Shown here: positions 19,287-32,544 of the stretch, in pieces | How the letters are laid out: the number at the start of each line of letters is the position of its first letter | Position numbering within the stretch: position 1 is the stretch's first letter | NCBI GenBank assembly: GCA_003670475.1 | Contig: QWRJ01000003.1 | Location: 841 to 64,840, forward strand | From: Candidatus Limnocylindrus sp. ZSMar2m-chloro-G89 | Lineage (GTDB): Bacteria; Chloroflexota; Limnocylindria; Limnocylindrales; Limnocylindraceae | Direction of reading: 5' to 3' | DNA: 64,000 nt | Made by a program: the position numbers and the translations under genes | Notes under the pieces: generated by a model | Database searches by the model: none | What the model was told of the DNA's origin: nothing | What the model saw: only the letters and a program-made list of their open reading frames with translations

Positions 19287-20333
19287 GTGACACAACCGCC
19301 CGCCGACGCAACGGTGCTCGCGCTCGACCTTGGCGGCACACAGGTGCGTGCCGCACTCGTGCGTGCAGATGGAACGCGACTCGGTCGTGCAGCGGCGCCA
19401 ACGCCAGCAGCCGATGGACCTGCAGCCGTAGTGGCTGCATGCATCGCCACGCTGCAGCTCGCACGCGAGAACGCCGCACGTGAAGATGCTGCCGCCGTCT
19501 CACGCCTCGTTGGCATTGGGATCAGCGCACCGGGACCACTCAACCCGTGGACCGGCATCGCGGTGGAGCCTGCGAATCTCGGTCCACGCTTTCCAGGCAC
19601 CGATCTTGCGGGGCCGATCGGCACGGCGCTTGGGCTCCCCGTCTTCCTTGAGCACGACACGAAGGTGGCGATCTTAGGCGAGCGCGCGTTCGGCGCGGGG
19701 AGTGGGATTGATGACCTGATGTATCTCACAATCAGCACTGGCTTTGGCGCTGCGGCGTTGAGCGGCGGGCACCTGTTGACAGGGCCGGACGACACGGCGC
19801 TCGAGCTCGGCCATGTGCCGATCTCGCTTGACGGTCCGCGCTGCACCTGCGGTGGCACGGGGCACCTTGAGGCACACGCGTCAGGCTGGGCGCTCGCCGC
19901 GGCGGGGGCTACCGCCGCTTCGAGTGGCAAGAGCCCGTGGCTCGCGAGCTGGGAGTCAACGCACGCAGGCGAGGCGATCAGTGCGAAGACGGTCGCCGAG
20001 GCGGCCGCGGCGGGGGACGCCACCGCTGACGAGATCCTTGAGCGCGCCATCCTCGCCGTTGGGCGAGCGGTCGCCGGCTACGTCAATACCTTCAATCCCG
20101 TGAGGATCATCATCGGCGGCTCGCTCGCTGAGGCGCACTGGGATCGCCTCGCCAAACGGATCGGCCACGAGATCGGCGAGAATGCCTTTAAGGTTCCTGG
20201 GCGACGCGTCAGCATCACGCCGGCGCAGCTCGGCGGGGACGTCAGCCTCGCGGGGTGTCATCCTGTCGTGGTTGGTCGGCTTGGCAACCCAGCCTGGGAG
20301 CGCGCGGTTGCGGCGAATAAGGCAGCGAAGTAA
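19287..20333 (+). CDS. ROK-family sugar kinase (glucokinase-like, no HTH domain)
   Basis: LALDLGGTQVRAAL ATP-binding start and ROK zinc motif CTCGGTGHLE. GTG start. Confidence 0.85.
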   Translation: MTQPPADATVLALDLGGTQVRAALVRADGTRLGRAAAPTPAADGPAAVVAACIATLQLARENAAREDAAAVSRLVGIGISAPGPLNPWTGIAVEPANLGPRFPGTDLAGPIGTALGLPVFLEHDTKVAILGERAFGAGSGIDDLMYLTISTGFGAAALSGGHLLTGPDDTALELGHVPISLDGPRCTCGGTGHLEAHASGWALAAAGATAASSGKSPWLASWESTHAGEAISAKTVAEAAAAGDATADEILERAILAVGRAVAGYVNTFNPVRIIIGGSLAEAHWDRLAKRIGHEIGENAFKVPGRRVSITPAQLGGDVSLAGCHPVVVGRLGNPAWERAVAANKAAK

Positions 20334-20344
20334 GTGAGGCATAA

Positions 20345-21344
20345 GTGACGATTCGCGTAGGGATCAACGGATTCGGTCGCATCGGGCGCCAGAGCCTGAA
20401 GGCGATCCTTGAGCGCGCCCCTGAGGTAGAGGTGGTGGCGGTCAACGACCTTGTTGATACCGCGATGAACGCGCTCCTCTTCAAGCACGACTCCACTTAC
20501 GGCACCTTCCCTGGCACGGTTGTTGCTGAGGGTGACGAACTCGTCATCAACGGGAAGCGCATCAAGGTGCTTGCCGCAAAGGATCCCGCCGAGCTTCCAT
20601 GGGGAGCAATGGGCGTGGACATTGTGGTTGAGTCGACCGGCATCTTCACCGACGCAACCAAGGCGGCGGCGCATCGGACCGCCGGCGCAAAGAAGGTGAT
20701 CATTAGTGCGCCAGCAAAAAATGAGGACGTCACGATTGTTCTTGGTGTCAATGAGGATCGCTACGATCCGTTGAAGCACCACATCATCTCCAACGCCAGC
20801 TGCACCACAAACTGCCTCGCCCCTGCGGCGAAGGTGGTGATGGATGCGTTCGGCATTCGCCGCGGCCTGATGACCACAATGCACAGCTACACCAACGATC
20901 AGCGCATCCTTGACGTTGCGCATAAGGATCCGCGCCGCGCTCGTGCCGCAGGACAGAACTTGATTCCAACCACCACTGGCGCCGCTACGGCCCTCGCACT
21001 CGTTATCCCAGAGCTGAAGGGGAAGTTTGATGGATACAGCGTGCGCGTCCCAACACCAACGGTGAGCTTGATCGACTTCACTGCCGAGCTAGAGCGACCG
21101 GCAACAATCGAGCAGATCAATGACGCATTCCGTGCTGCGGCGAGTGGCCCAATGAAGGGGATCCTCGGCGTCTCAGATGAACCGCTCGTCTCCTCCGACT
21201 TCCGCGGTGACTCGCGCTCCGCAATCATCGACTCTGCGAGCACCATGCTGCTCGGCGACAACTTCGCCAAGGTGGTCGCCTGGTACGACAACGAGTGGGG
21301 CTACAGCTGCCGTATTGCGGACCTTGTGAAGTTCGTGGCCGCCC

Positions 21345-21352
<8 letters not shown>
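20345..21352 (+). CDS. gap: Type I glyceraldehyde-3-phosphate dehydrogenase
   Basis: [10 protein letters not shown]-terminus, active site SNASCTTN, and WYDNEWGYS near the C-terminus. Confidence 0.97.
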
Positions 21353-25011
<3,659 letters not shown>

Positions 25012-25048
25012 CTCAAGCGTCCCAAAGCGCGGATCGCTCCGCGCGGAA

Positions 25049-25543
25049 CTATTCGGCCTTCGCAGCCTTCTTTGGTGCGGCCTTCGCCTTCTTGGCGGCG
25101 GGCTTCTTCGCTGCAGGCTTTGCAGCGATGGCCTTCGCTTCGATTGCCTTGGCGGCAGCCGCCTTCGTTGCTGCGGCGCGCTTCGCACCGGAGATTGCCG
25201 CCTTCTTCGTTGCCTTCTTCACCACGATCGCGGTGGTGGTGCCGGTTGGGCTCGCCTTAGCGGCGGCGGCCTTCTTTGCGAGGCGTGACTTGCGTCGCGC
25301 GGCGGCGTTCTTATGAATGGCACCGCTCTTTGCGGCGCGGTCGAGTGCGCTCGCCGCTTTGGAGACGGATGCGGCGGCATCGCCCTGCTTCTGGCCGGTG
25401 AGGATGGCAACGGCGCTCGCGACGCGACTCTTCGCCTCGGTGCGCTTCGGCTGCTGGACGGCGCCGCGTCGGGCGGAGGCGCGAACCTCCTTGAGGGACT
25501 GCGGCGTTCGTGCGCCCTTGTACTTGCGAGGGGTCTTTCCCAT
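25049..25543 (-). CDS. rpsT: 30S ribosomal protein S20 with a ~70-aa Lys/Ala-rich C-terminal tail
   Basis: The S20 core ends ...SALDRAAKSGAIHKNAAARRKSRLAKK. It is followed by AAAAKASP...AKPAAKKPAAKKAKAAPKKAAKAE. Total length is 164 aa against ~90 aa for a typical S20. Confidence 0.9.
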   Translation of the reverse strand: MGKTPRKYKGARTPQSLKEVRASARRGAVQQPKRTEAKSRVASAVAILTGQKQGDAAASVSKAASALDRAAKSGAIHKNAAARRKSRLAKKAAAAKASPTGTTTAIVVKKATKKAAISGAKRAAATKAAAAKAIEAKAIAAKPAAKKPAAKKAKAAPKKAAKAE

Positions 25544-25700
25544 TGGTCACTCCATACAACTTCAGGGGCTCGATGCGAGCCGTCGGGCGATCGTAGCAGA
25601 GGGGAGCCCGCCGCTCGCCGAGAGGCGGGAAGCCCCCGAGAGAGGAGCCGCCTCTGACCGACCGACGGCAAGTCCCCTGTCGTGCGATTCTTGAGGGGAT

Positions 25701-27515
25701 ATGAGCAACATCCCCCAGTCCCGACTGCGCAACTTCAGCATCATCGCGCACATCGACCACGGCAAGTCCACGCTCGCCGACCGGCTGCTAGAGGCGACCC
25801 ATACGGTGGATCCGCGCCAGATGACGTCGCAGGTGCTCGACTCCATGGACCTTGAGCGCGAGAAGGGGATCACGATCAAGGCGCGCGCCGTCCGCCTGGA
25901 ATACGTAGCGAGCGACGGCCTCACCTACGGCCTCAACCTGATCGACACGCCAGGACATGTGGACTTCGCCTACGAGGTCTCGCGCAGCTTGCAGGCCTGC
26001 GACGGCGCGATCCTTGTGGTCGACGCAAGCCAAGGAATCGAAGCGCAGACACTTGCCAACGTGCACCTGGCGATGAAGATGGGTCTTCTCATCATTCCGG
26101 TGCTGAACAAGATTGACCTCCCCGCCTCCGATCCCGAAGCGGTGATGAACGAGTTGGAGGAGACGCTTGCGATCCCGCGCGAAGAGGTGATCCTCGCGTC
26201 AGCGAAAGAGGGGAAGGGGATCCCAGAGATTCTTGAGGCGCTGGTGAAGCGCATCCCCGCGCCGAGCGGTCCACTTGATGCGCCGCTGAAGGCGCTCGTC
26301 TTTGATTCGCACTACGACACCTACAAGGGCGTAGTGAACTATGTCCGCGTGCAGGAGGGTCGCCTGAAGATGGGCGAGGCGATCACGATGATGGGCTCCG
26401 GCGCGCAGTGTGTTCCGGTGGAGATTGGCTACTTCCGACCACAACATGTTCCAGTGCAAGAGTTACAGGCTGGCGAAGTTGGCTATATCGCAACGGGCCT
26501 GAAGAGCGTGCGCGACGCGCGTGTTGGCGACACTGTCACCACCACGATGAGCCCTGCGACAGAGCCACTCCCCGGATATCAGGTTGCGCTGCCACTCGTC
26601 TTCGCTGGACTCTACCCGCTCAGTGGCGAAGATTATCCGGCGCTTCGCGAAGCGCTGGATAAGCTGCACCTGAACGATGCGAGCTTCACCTTTGAGGCTG
26701 AATCATCTGCGGCGCTCGGCTTCGGCTTCCGCTGCGGCTTCCTCGGCCTGCTACACATGGAGATCGTGCAGGAGCGCCTTGAGCGTGAGTTCACCCTGCA
26801 GCTGATCGCCTCTGCCCCATCCTGCAAGTACCAAGTCCATCTGAACAACAACAAGGGTGAGATGCTGATCAACAATCCGGCGCAGCTGCCGAGCCCAAAC
26901 CACATTGATGAGATTCGTGAGCCGTGGGTGAACGCATCTATCGTGACGCCAACCACCTATATCGGCACGATCATGGACCTCTCCACAGATAAGCGCGGCA
27001 TCTTTGATGGGATGGAGTACCTGGACGAGAAGCGCGTGGTGATGAGCTTCCAGATCCCGCTCGCCGAACTGATTGTGGACTACTTTGACCAGCTGAAGAG
27101 CAGGACAAAGGGGTACGCGTCGCTCGACTACGTTGAGTCGGAGTATCGCGTGGCGCCGTTGGTCAAGCTCGACATCCTGGTGAACGGTGAGCCAGTCGAC
27201 GCGCTCAGCACGATCATCCATCGCGACCGAGCGCAGAGCGCAGGCCGCGTCTTGGCCGCCAAGTTGAAAGAGTTGATCCCGCGCCAGATGTTTGAGGTGC
27301 CGATCCAGGCGGCGATTGGCGGGACGATCATTGCGCGCGAGACGGTGAAGGCGGTGCGCAAGAATGTACTCGCCAAGTGCTACGGCGGTGACATCACGCG
27401 AAAGAAGAAGCTGCTTGAGAAGCAGAAAGAGGGGAAGGAGCGGATGAAGCGCGTCGGCTCCGTTGAGATCCCGCAAGAGGCCTTCCTTGCCGTCCTCCGC
27501 ACCGACGCCGATTAA
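25701..27515 (+). CDS. lepA: Translation elongation factor 4 (LepA)
   Basis: [21 protein letters not shown]-domain and the LepA C-terminal domain. 604 aa. Confidence 0.97.
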   Translation: MSNIPQSRLRNFSIIAHIDHGKSTLADRLLEATHTVDPRQMTSQVLDSMDLEREKGITIKARAVRLEYVASDGLTYGLNLIDTPGHVDFAYEVSRSLQACDGAILVVDASQGIEAQTLANVHLAMKMGLLIIPVLNKIDLPASDPEAVMNELEETLAIPREEVILASAKEGKGIPEILEALVKRIPAPSGPLDAPLKALVFDSHYDTYKGVVNYVRVQEGRLKMGEAITMMGSGAQCVPVEIGYFRPQHVPVQELQAGEVGYIATGLKSVRDARVGDTVTTTMSPATEPLPGYQVALPLVFAGLYPLSGEDYPALREALDKLHLNDASFTFEAESSAALGFGFRCGFLGLLHMEIVQERLEREFTLQLIASAPSCKYQVHLNNNKGEMLINNPAQLPSPNHIDEIREPWVNASIVTPTTYIGTIMDLSTDKRGIFDGMEYLDEKRVVMSFQIPLAELIVDYFDQLKSRTKGYASLDYVESEYRVAPLVKLDILVNGEPVDALSTIIHRDRAQSAGRVLAAKLKELIPRQMFEVPIQAAIGGTIIARETVKAVRKNVLAKCYGGDITRKKKLLEKQKEGKERMKRVGSVEIPQEAFLAVLRTDAD

Positions 27516-28755
27516 CGCGCAACGCGCGCAACCGCCGCGCGGCCTCTACCTGCACGTCCCCTTCTGTCGCTCCCTCTGCCCGTACTGCGACTTTGTGGTG
27601 ATCGCTGGCGCTGCTGCATTCGGACCACGCTCACGGATGGGCGGCTACCTGAGCGCCGTGGAGCGCGAGATTGATCTACGCGCGAAGGCGAACGATGCGG
27701 CATTTTCGGCGCTCGGCGGGGTACGTGATGACGTGCAACGTCTGCCACTCGAGACGCTCTACCTTGGCGGCGGAACACCATCGCTGCTTCCAGCAGAACA
27801 GCTGGCATCGCTGATCAGTCGCGTTCGCGATCGATTCGGCCTGGTGGATGGCGCTGAGGTGACGCTGGAGTGCAATCCTGGTGCCGATGAGCGCGGCGAC
27901 TTCACCGCTTCAGTGCAGGCTGGCGTCACCCGCTTCAGCATCGGTGCGCAGAGCATGGACGTTGCGGCGCTACGCGAGCTCGGTCGTCGACACGGGCCTG
28001 ATGATGTTTCGGAGAGCATCGCCGCGGCACGCGCCGCTGGAGCCACTAGCGTCTCCATTGACCTGCTCGCCGACCTCCCAGGCGTCTCGCTGGATTCATG
28101 GGCTGGCTCGTTAGACGCAGCGCTCGCGCTGCAGCCAGATCACATCAGCGTCTATGCGTTGACGCTTGCCGTGGGCGGCGCTGATGAGGGCGAGGGGAGT
28201 GTTGATGATCGGCTGGCGACACCGGCGGGCGCACTCGCCTGGCGACGACGCGCTGCGGCGGAGCAAGACGAAGAGCGCGGCGCAGAAGAGTTGGAGCTGC
28301 TCGACACGCGGCTCCCCGCCGCTGGGTTCAACTGGTACGAGATCAGCAACTGGGCGCGCGAGGGACACACCTCGCGCCACAACCGTCTCTACTGGGAGCG
28401 CGCCTCAGTTGAGGCGGTGGGGCCAGGGGCGCACGCATTTGATGGGGCAACACGGCGTTGGAACTCTGCGAATCTTGACGCATGGGAGGGGGCGCTGATG
28501 AGCGGTGAGCTTCCGCCTGGCGGCGCTGCGGCGCAGATCAGTGATCGCGACGCAGTTGCTGAAGGTATCGTCCTCTCACTGCGGATGTCGACCGGTGTGG
28601 ATCATGAAGCGGTTGTTGCCGCGGGCTTCGCTGAAGTACTGGAATGGGGCGAAACGAACGGACTCCTTCTGCCGCATCCAGAAGACGCCGCACGCGTTCA
28701 GTTAACGATGCGTGGCCGGCTGTTAAGCAACGAACTCTTTTCGCGGATCGTCTAG
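27463..28755 (+). CDS. hemW: Radical SAM heme chaperone HemW / HemN-like
   Basis: [17 protein letters not shown] CxxxCxxC motif and the usual position after lepA. ATG 27463 overlaps lepA by 53 nt, so the true start is uncertain. Confidence 0.85.
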   Translation: MRSRKRPSLPSSAPTPINAQRAQPPRGLYLHVPFCRSLCPYCDFVVIAGAAAFGPRSRMGGYLSAVEREIDLRAKANDAAFSALGGVRDDVQRLPLETLYLGGGTPSLLPAEQLASLISRVRDRFGLVDGAEVTLECNPGADERGDFTASVQAGVTRFSIGAQSMDVAALRELGRRHGPDDVSESIAAARAAGATSVSIDLLADLPGVSLDSWAGSLDAALALQPDHISVYALTLAVGGADEGEGSVDDRLATPAGALAWRRRAAAEQDEERGAEELELLDTRLPAAGFNWYEISNWAREGHTSRHNRLYWERASVEAVGPGAHAFDGATRRWNSANLDAWEGALMSGELPPGGAAAQISDRDAVAEGIVLSLRMSTGVDHEAVVAAGFAEVLEWGETNGLLLPHPEDAARVQLTMRGRLLSNELFSRIV

Positions 28756-28794
28756 CGCCGCGCCTACGGCGCTGCGATCAGTGCGACGCTGGGA

Positions 28795-29568
28795 TCAGTT
28801 CGGCGCGGCGAGGTCTCGGCGAGGGAACTTGTAGAAGGCCCAGGCGGCGGCGAGTGCCGTAAGGGCGACAAAGATCAGCGCCTCTGCAGGATCGGCCGTC
28901 TGGTCAAGGATCCCCTCTGGTGAGAAGTGATTGAAGAGCGAGAGGAACTGATACGGCTCCATCACATCCCAGAATGATCCAAGGACCTCCACGATGTAGT
29001 TCGCCATGATCAGGCTGACAGTGATCGCCATGGCGGGAGGCGTTCGGTCAAAGCTGGCGCTCGCTGCAATCGCCAACGTGGCGAAGGAGCCCCAGAAGAG
29101 CGTTCCTGCGGCGAAGAGTGCGGGGAGCTGTTCAAATGCAAGTTCACTCGCAACCCCCGCGATCTGTGCGCCAATCACCGTGCCGAGCACGTATGCGGCG
29201 GAGGCGAGCGTCGCGCCAATCCAGCCCTCGAGCAACATCGTGGCCACGATCGTGCGCCGAGGGATCGGTCGGCTTAGAAGAAGCTCCAGTGTTCCGCGCT
29301 GACGTTCACCACTGATCGATCCAACGGTGAGTCCTGCGCTCAGGATGCCGAAGAGTGCGATGGAGATTGGATGAATGAACCCCACGGAGATTGTCCCTGA
29401 GAGCGTGGAGAAGTTGCCAGGCGGGGTGGGGCGACCATCAAGCTGGTCAACGAAGGCCTTGTAGATCACTGGGAAGAGGAGCGACCAGACCACCACCACG
29501 GCAAGCCCAACCGCGAGGCGGATGCGGTGCCCGCGCACAAGCCGGCGGAGGAGCACCACGTTGATCAT
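28795..29568 (-). CDS. ABC-2 type transporter permease
   Basis: 257 aa with six TM segments. It overlaps the upstream ATPase gene by 4 nt. Confidence 0.75.
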   Translation of the reverse strand: MINVVLLRRLVRGHRIRLAVGLAVVVVWSLLFPVIYKAFVDQLDGRPTPPGNFSTLSGTISVGFIHPISIALFGILSAGLTVGSISGERQRGTLELLLSRPIPRRTIVATMLLEGWIGATLASAAYVLGTVIGAQIAGVASELAFEQLPALFAAGTLFWGSFATLAIAASASFDRTPPAMAITVSLIMANYIVEVLGSFWDVMEPYQFLSLFNHFSPEGILDQTADPAEALIFVALTALAAAWAFYKFPRRDLAAPN

Positions 29569-30623
29569 CGTGCCACCCGCTTCTTTACTGGGCGCTTCAC
29601 CGCGCGCTTTGCGGCTGTCCGCTTCGTAGGGCTGCGCTTCTTGCTCGTTCGAAGTGCCGCAGCCTCTGGTGCCATCTGCACGCTGTTGCGTGTGCTGTTG
29701 CCGTAGTACGACATGAATGCCTCCTCAAGGCTCGCCGCCTCAACAAGGAGGTCGCGTAGCCCAGCCGATTGGAGGCGCTTGATAAAGGCGGGAATTGCCG
29801 ACGCCTCTGCGTCACAGCTGATGCGGAAGCCTGACTTCCCCTCCGCCTGAACCTTGAGGCCACTGATCCCCGCTGATGCAGTGAGGCGTAGTAGCTTGCG
29901 TGCAACGAGCGCCTCAATGCGACGACGACGGAAGCGGACGAGCGACTCAACGCTCTCAAGTGCAACAAGCTGTCCGCCGCGCACGATGGCCACACGGTTG
30001 CAGATGCGTTCCACTTCGCTGATGAGATGACTGCTGAAGAAGACGGTGCGACCGAGCGCAACGCGCTCAAGAAGCAGCTCTTGGAGTGAACGCTGCATCA
30101 GCGGGTCGAGCCCCTCACTCGGCTCGTCAAGGATCAGGAGTTCTGGATCGGTCTCCATCGCCTGGACCACGCCGATCTTCTGGCGCATGCCTCGGCTGTA
30201 GTCGCGGACTGGTCGCTTCAAGATGGCATCGGAGAGCTCGAGCGCCTCCATGATGCGGTGGCGCAGCAGTGACGGACGGCCGCTCAGTTCGCGCATATGG
30301 TCGAGATATTCGCGACCACTCATGTAGTCGTAGACGGCGAATCCGGAGGGGAGGTAGCCAACACGTCGGCGGATCTCTACTGAATCCTTGACGACATCAA
30401 GGCCGAGAACGCTCGCCGAACCGCTCGTTGGGTGGAGGAAGCCGAGGAGGGTGCGGATCGTCGTGCTCTTCCCAGCGCCGTTTGGCCCGAGGAAGCCGAA
30501 GAGTTCCCCCTGCTTGATCTCTAGGTTGAGCGACTGCAGCGCCTTGATCTCACCACTCTTGCCGTAGTGCTTCGTGAGGGCACGCGTCTGAATCGCAAGG
30601 GTCGTATCGGTGGACATCTTCAT
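29565..30623 (-). CDS. ABC transporter ATP-binding protein with a basic C-terminal tail
   Basis: Walker A GPNGAGKST, signature-like YSRGMRQK (degenerate LSGG-type) and Walker B LLILDEP. The tail reads SKKRSPTKRTAAKRAVKRPVKKRVAR. Confidence 0.9.
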   Translation of the reverse strand: MKMSTDTTLAIQTRALTKHYGKSGEIKALQSLNLEIKQGELFGFLGPNGAGKSTTIRTLLGFLHPTSGSASVLGLDVVKDSVEIRRRVGYLPSGFAVYDYMSGREYLDHMRELSGRPSLLRHRIMEALELSDAILKRPVRDYSRGMRQKIGVVQAMETDPELLILDEPSEGLDPLMQRSLQELLLERVALGRTVFFSSHLISEVERICNRVAIVRGGQLVALESVESLVRFRRRRIEALVARKLLRLTASAGISGLKVQAEGKSGFRISCDAEASAIPAFIKRLQSAGLRDLLVEAASLEEAFMSYYGNSTRNSVQMAPEAAALRTSKKRSPTKRTAAKRAVKRPVKKRVAR

Positions 30624-30657
30624 ATCGTACCCATACCCTCAGCGCTCGTCGCGGACT

Positions 30658-30720
30658 TTGACCGCGTGGCGGGGGAGCGCGTAGACTCTTCTTGGCACTC
30701 GGAGGGTTGAGAGTGCCAAG
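30658..30720 (+). promoter_or_regulatory. hrcA promoter (TTGACC-18-TAGACT) with a variant CIRCE-like inverted repeat
   Basis: CTTGGCACTC (30691-30700) and GAGTGCCAAG (30711-30720) form a perfect 10-bp inverted repeat with a 10-nt spacer. Confidence 0.65.
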
Positions 30721-30734
30721 AGAGGAGGCTACAG

Positions 30735-31799
30735 ATGGTGCGACGGCAGCGACGAACCGGACTCCTTGACGACCGCGCCCGCCTCATCCTTCGCGCCCTC
30801 GTGGAAGAGCACATCCGTACCGCCCTCCCCGTTGGGTCGTCCTCTATTGCCGCCTCCTATCGCCTCGGCGTCTCATCGGCAACGGTGCGTGGCGTCCTCG
30901 CCGAACTCGAGGAGCTTGGCCTCGTGGTGCAGCCGCACACTTCGGCCGGCCGCATCCCAACAGACCAGGGCTATCGCACCTACGCGGTGGAAATCGCCGT
31001 TCCTGACGAAGTGACCGAGATCGATCGACTCATGATTCGCCACCAGTTCGGCCAGGCCGAAGGCGGCGCTGATCAGTGGTTCCGCATTGCGGCGAGCACC
31101 CTGGCGCACTCCACGCACGTTGCCGGTCTCGCCACACCGATGCGTCCCACATCAGCAAGCCTCCGACACGTTGACCTGGTGAGCAGTGCCGATCGCTTGG
31201 CCACCCTCGTTGCGGTGGTGAGTGACGGCAGCGTCCGCCCCACACTCCTCCCGCTACCAGAGGGCGTTGATCAGGAGCAACTCACGAGCATTGCGAATAG
31301 GCTCAATGCAACGCTCATTGGCTGCACCGCCGATCAGCTTGAGGCGCGCGCCAGCGCGCTCGCCGAATCCACACCGCTGCGCGCGGTGACGCACACCGTG
31401 ATGGAGCGGCTCGCCCGGCTACTGCGCGAAGTGGACGCCGCCTCAGTGGAGCAGGTCTTCAGCGACGGCCTCCTCAACGTGATGGAGGCGCCAGAGTTCG
31501 CCGACAGTGCTCGACTCCGCAACGTCTTCACCGCACTCGAAGGGCGAGGTTATTTGGGCCAACTCGTTCGCGAAGTCTCACAGGGGAACAGCGTGCAGCT
31601 CTTTATCGGCACCGAGAATGCGCCGACCGAGATGCACGGCGTCTCGCTCGTCCTCGCCCCATACGGAATCCCCGGTCGCGCCCTCGGTGTGGTCGGGGTG
31701 CTCGGCCCAACTCGGATGCCGTACCCCCGCGCGGTGGGGACGGTTCGCTACGTGGCCACCCTCCTCTCGGAGCTGGTCGGCCGCTTCCACGCCGCCTAG
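30735..31799 (+). CDS. hrcA: Heat-inducible transcription repressor HrcA
   Basis: LDDRARLILRALVEEHIRTALPVGS winged-helix start, 354 aa, and position upstream of grpE-dnaK. Confidence 0.95.
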   Translation: MVRRQRRTGLLDDRARLILRALVEEHIRTALPVGSSSIAASYRLGVSSATVRGVLAELEELGLVVQPHTSAGRIPTDQGYRTYAVEIAVPDEVTEIDRLMIRHQFGQAEGGADQWFRIAASTLAHSTHVAGLATPMRPTSASLRHVDLVSSADRLATLVAVVSDGSVRPTLLPLPEGVDQEQLTSIANRLNATLIGCTADQLEARASALAESTPLRAVTHTVMERLARLLREVDAASVEQVFSDGLLNVMEAPEFADSARLRNVFTALEGRGYLGQLVREVSQGNSVQLFIGTENAPTEMHGVSLVLAPYGIPGRALGVVGVLGPTRMPYPRAVGTVRYVATLLSELVGRFHAA

Positions 31800-31809
31800 C
31801 CCGCACCCC

Positions 31810-31877
31810 TTGACGACCGCTCCCTGCCGTCGTATTCTCGCCCCAGTGAGTTAGCACTCGCATCAAGAGACTGCTAA
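31810..31877 (+). promoter_or_regulatory. grpE-dnaK promoter (TTGACG-17-TATTCT) plus a near-consensus CIRCE operator
   Basis: TTAGCACTC-N9-GACTGCTAA at 31851-31877 has one mismatch to the consensus TTAGCACTC-N9-GAGTGCTAA. Confidence 0.8.
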
Positions 31878-31927
31878 CTCGTGCGAGAGGCGGGGCTGAG
31901 CCCCGCACGAACACGAAGGAGAGCACG

Positions 31928-32494
31928 ATGGCGGGACGACCCTGGACCACCAAGGAGCGCGAGGAACCAGCTAGCGAGACGGGCACGGAGCCAGCCGCCG
32001 CTGAGCAGGCTGCTTCAGATCAGACCGCCTCGGATCAGGCCCTGAGCCCCCTTGAGGCCGCCCTCCTGGAGCGCGACGAGCAGATCGCCGCACATCAGCG
32101 GACCGCCGCCGACTTCGCCAACTTCCGTCGACGCACCGCCGAAGAGCGGGAGCGCGAGGCGGGACTCGCAAGTGAGGTGCTCCTCCTGAAGACGCTCGCT
32201 GTCCTTGATGACCTCGACCGTGCCCTCGCCTCACTCCCAGAAGGGTTGAAAAGCGAGCCGTGGGTTGAGGGGATCGCCGCGATTCATCGCAAGCTGCTCG
32301 CCGTGATGGAGAGCGAGGCGGCGCAACCGTATGAATCGATCGGCCAGCCGTTTGATCCGCGTGAACACGAAGCGGTTGCGCAAGTTCCGGGGAGTGGCAA
32401 GCCACCAGGAGAGGTGCTTCAGGAGCACCGCAAGGGCTGGAAGATTCGCGATCGAATCCTTCGCCCAGCGGTCGTCTCTGTTGCAACCGATTAA
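31928..32494 (+). CDS. grpE: Nucleotide exchange factor GrpE
   Basis: The FANFRRRTAEERE motif and a C-terminal beta domain are present. AAGGAGAG lies upstream. Confidence 0.95.
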   Translation: MAGRPWTTKEREEPASETGTEPAAAEQAASDQTASDQALSPLEAALLERDEQIAAHQRTAADFANFRRRTAEEREREAGLASEVLLLKTLAVLDDLDRALASLPEGLKSEPWVEGIAAIHRKLLAVMESEAAQPYESIGQPFDPREHEAVAQVPGSGKPPGEVLQEHRKGWKIRDRILRPAVVSVATD

Positions 32495-32544
32495 ATCGCA
32501 TTTTCTTTGAACATTAAAAATCAATAAGTGAAAGGAGCAACTTG

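Noticed and set aside
27463-27515. The 53-nt overlap between lepA and the hemW ORF, considered as possible programmed coupling.
   Set aside because: It is more likely a start-codon assignment problem, since no alternative canonical start exists before the radical-SAM motif. Nothing in the sequence, such as a slippery site or a structure, suggests recoding.
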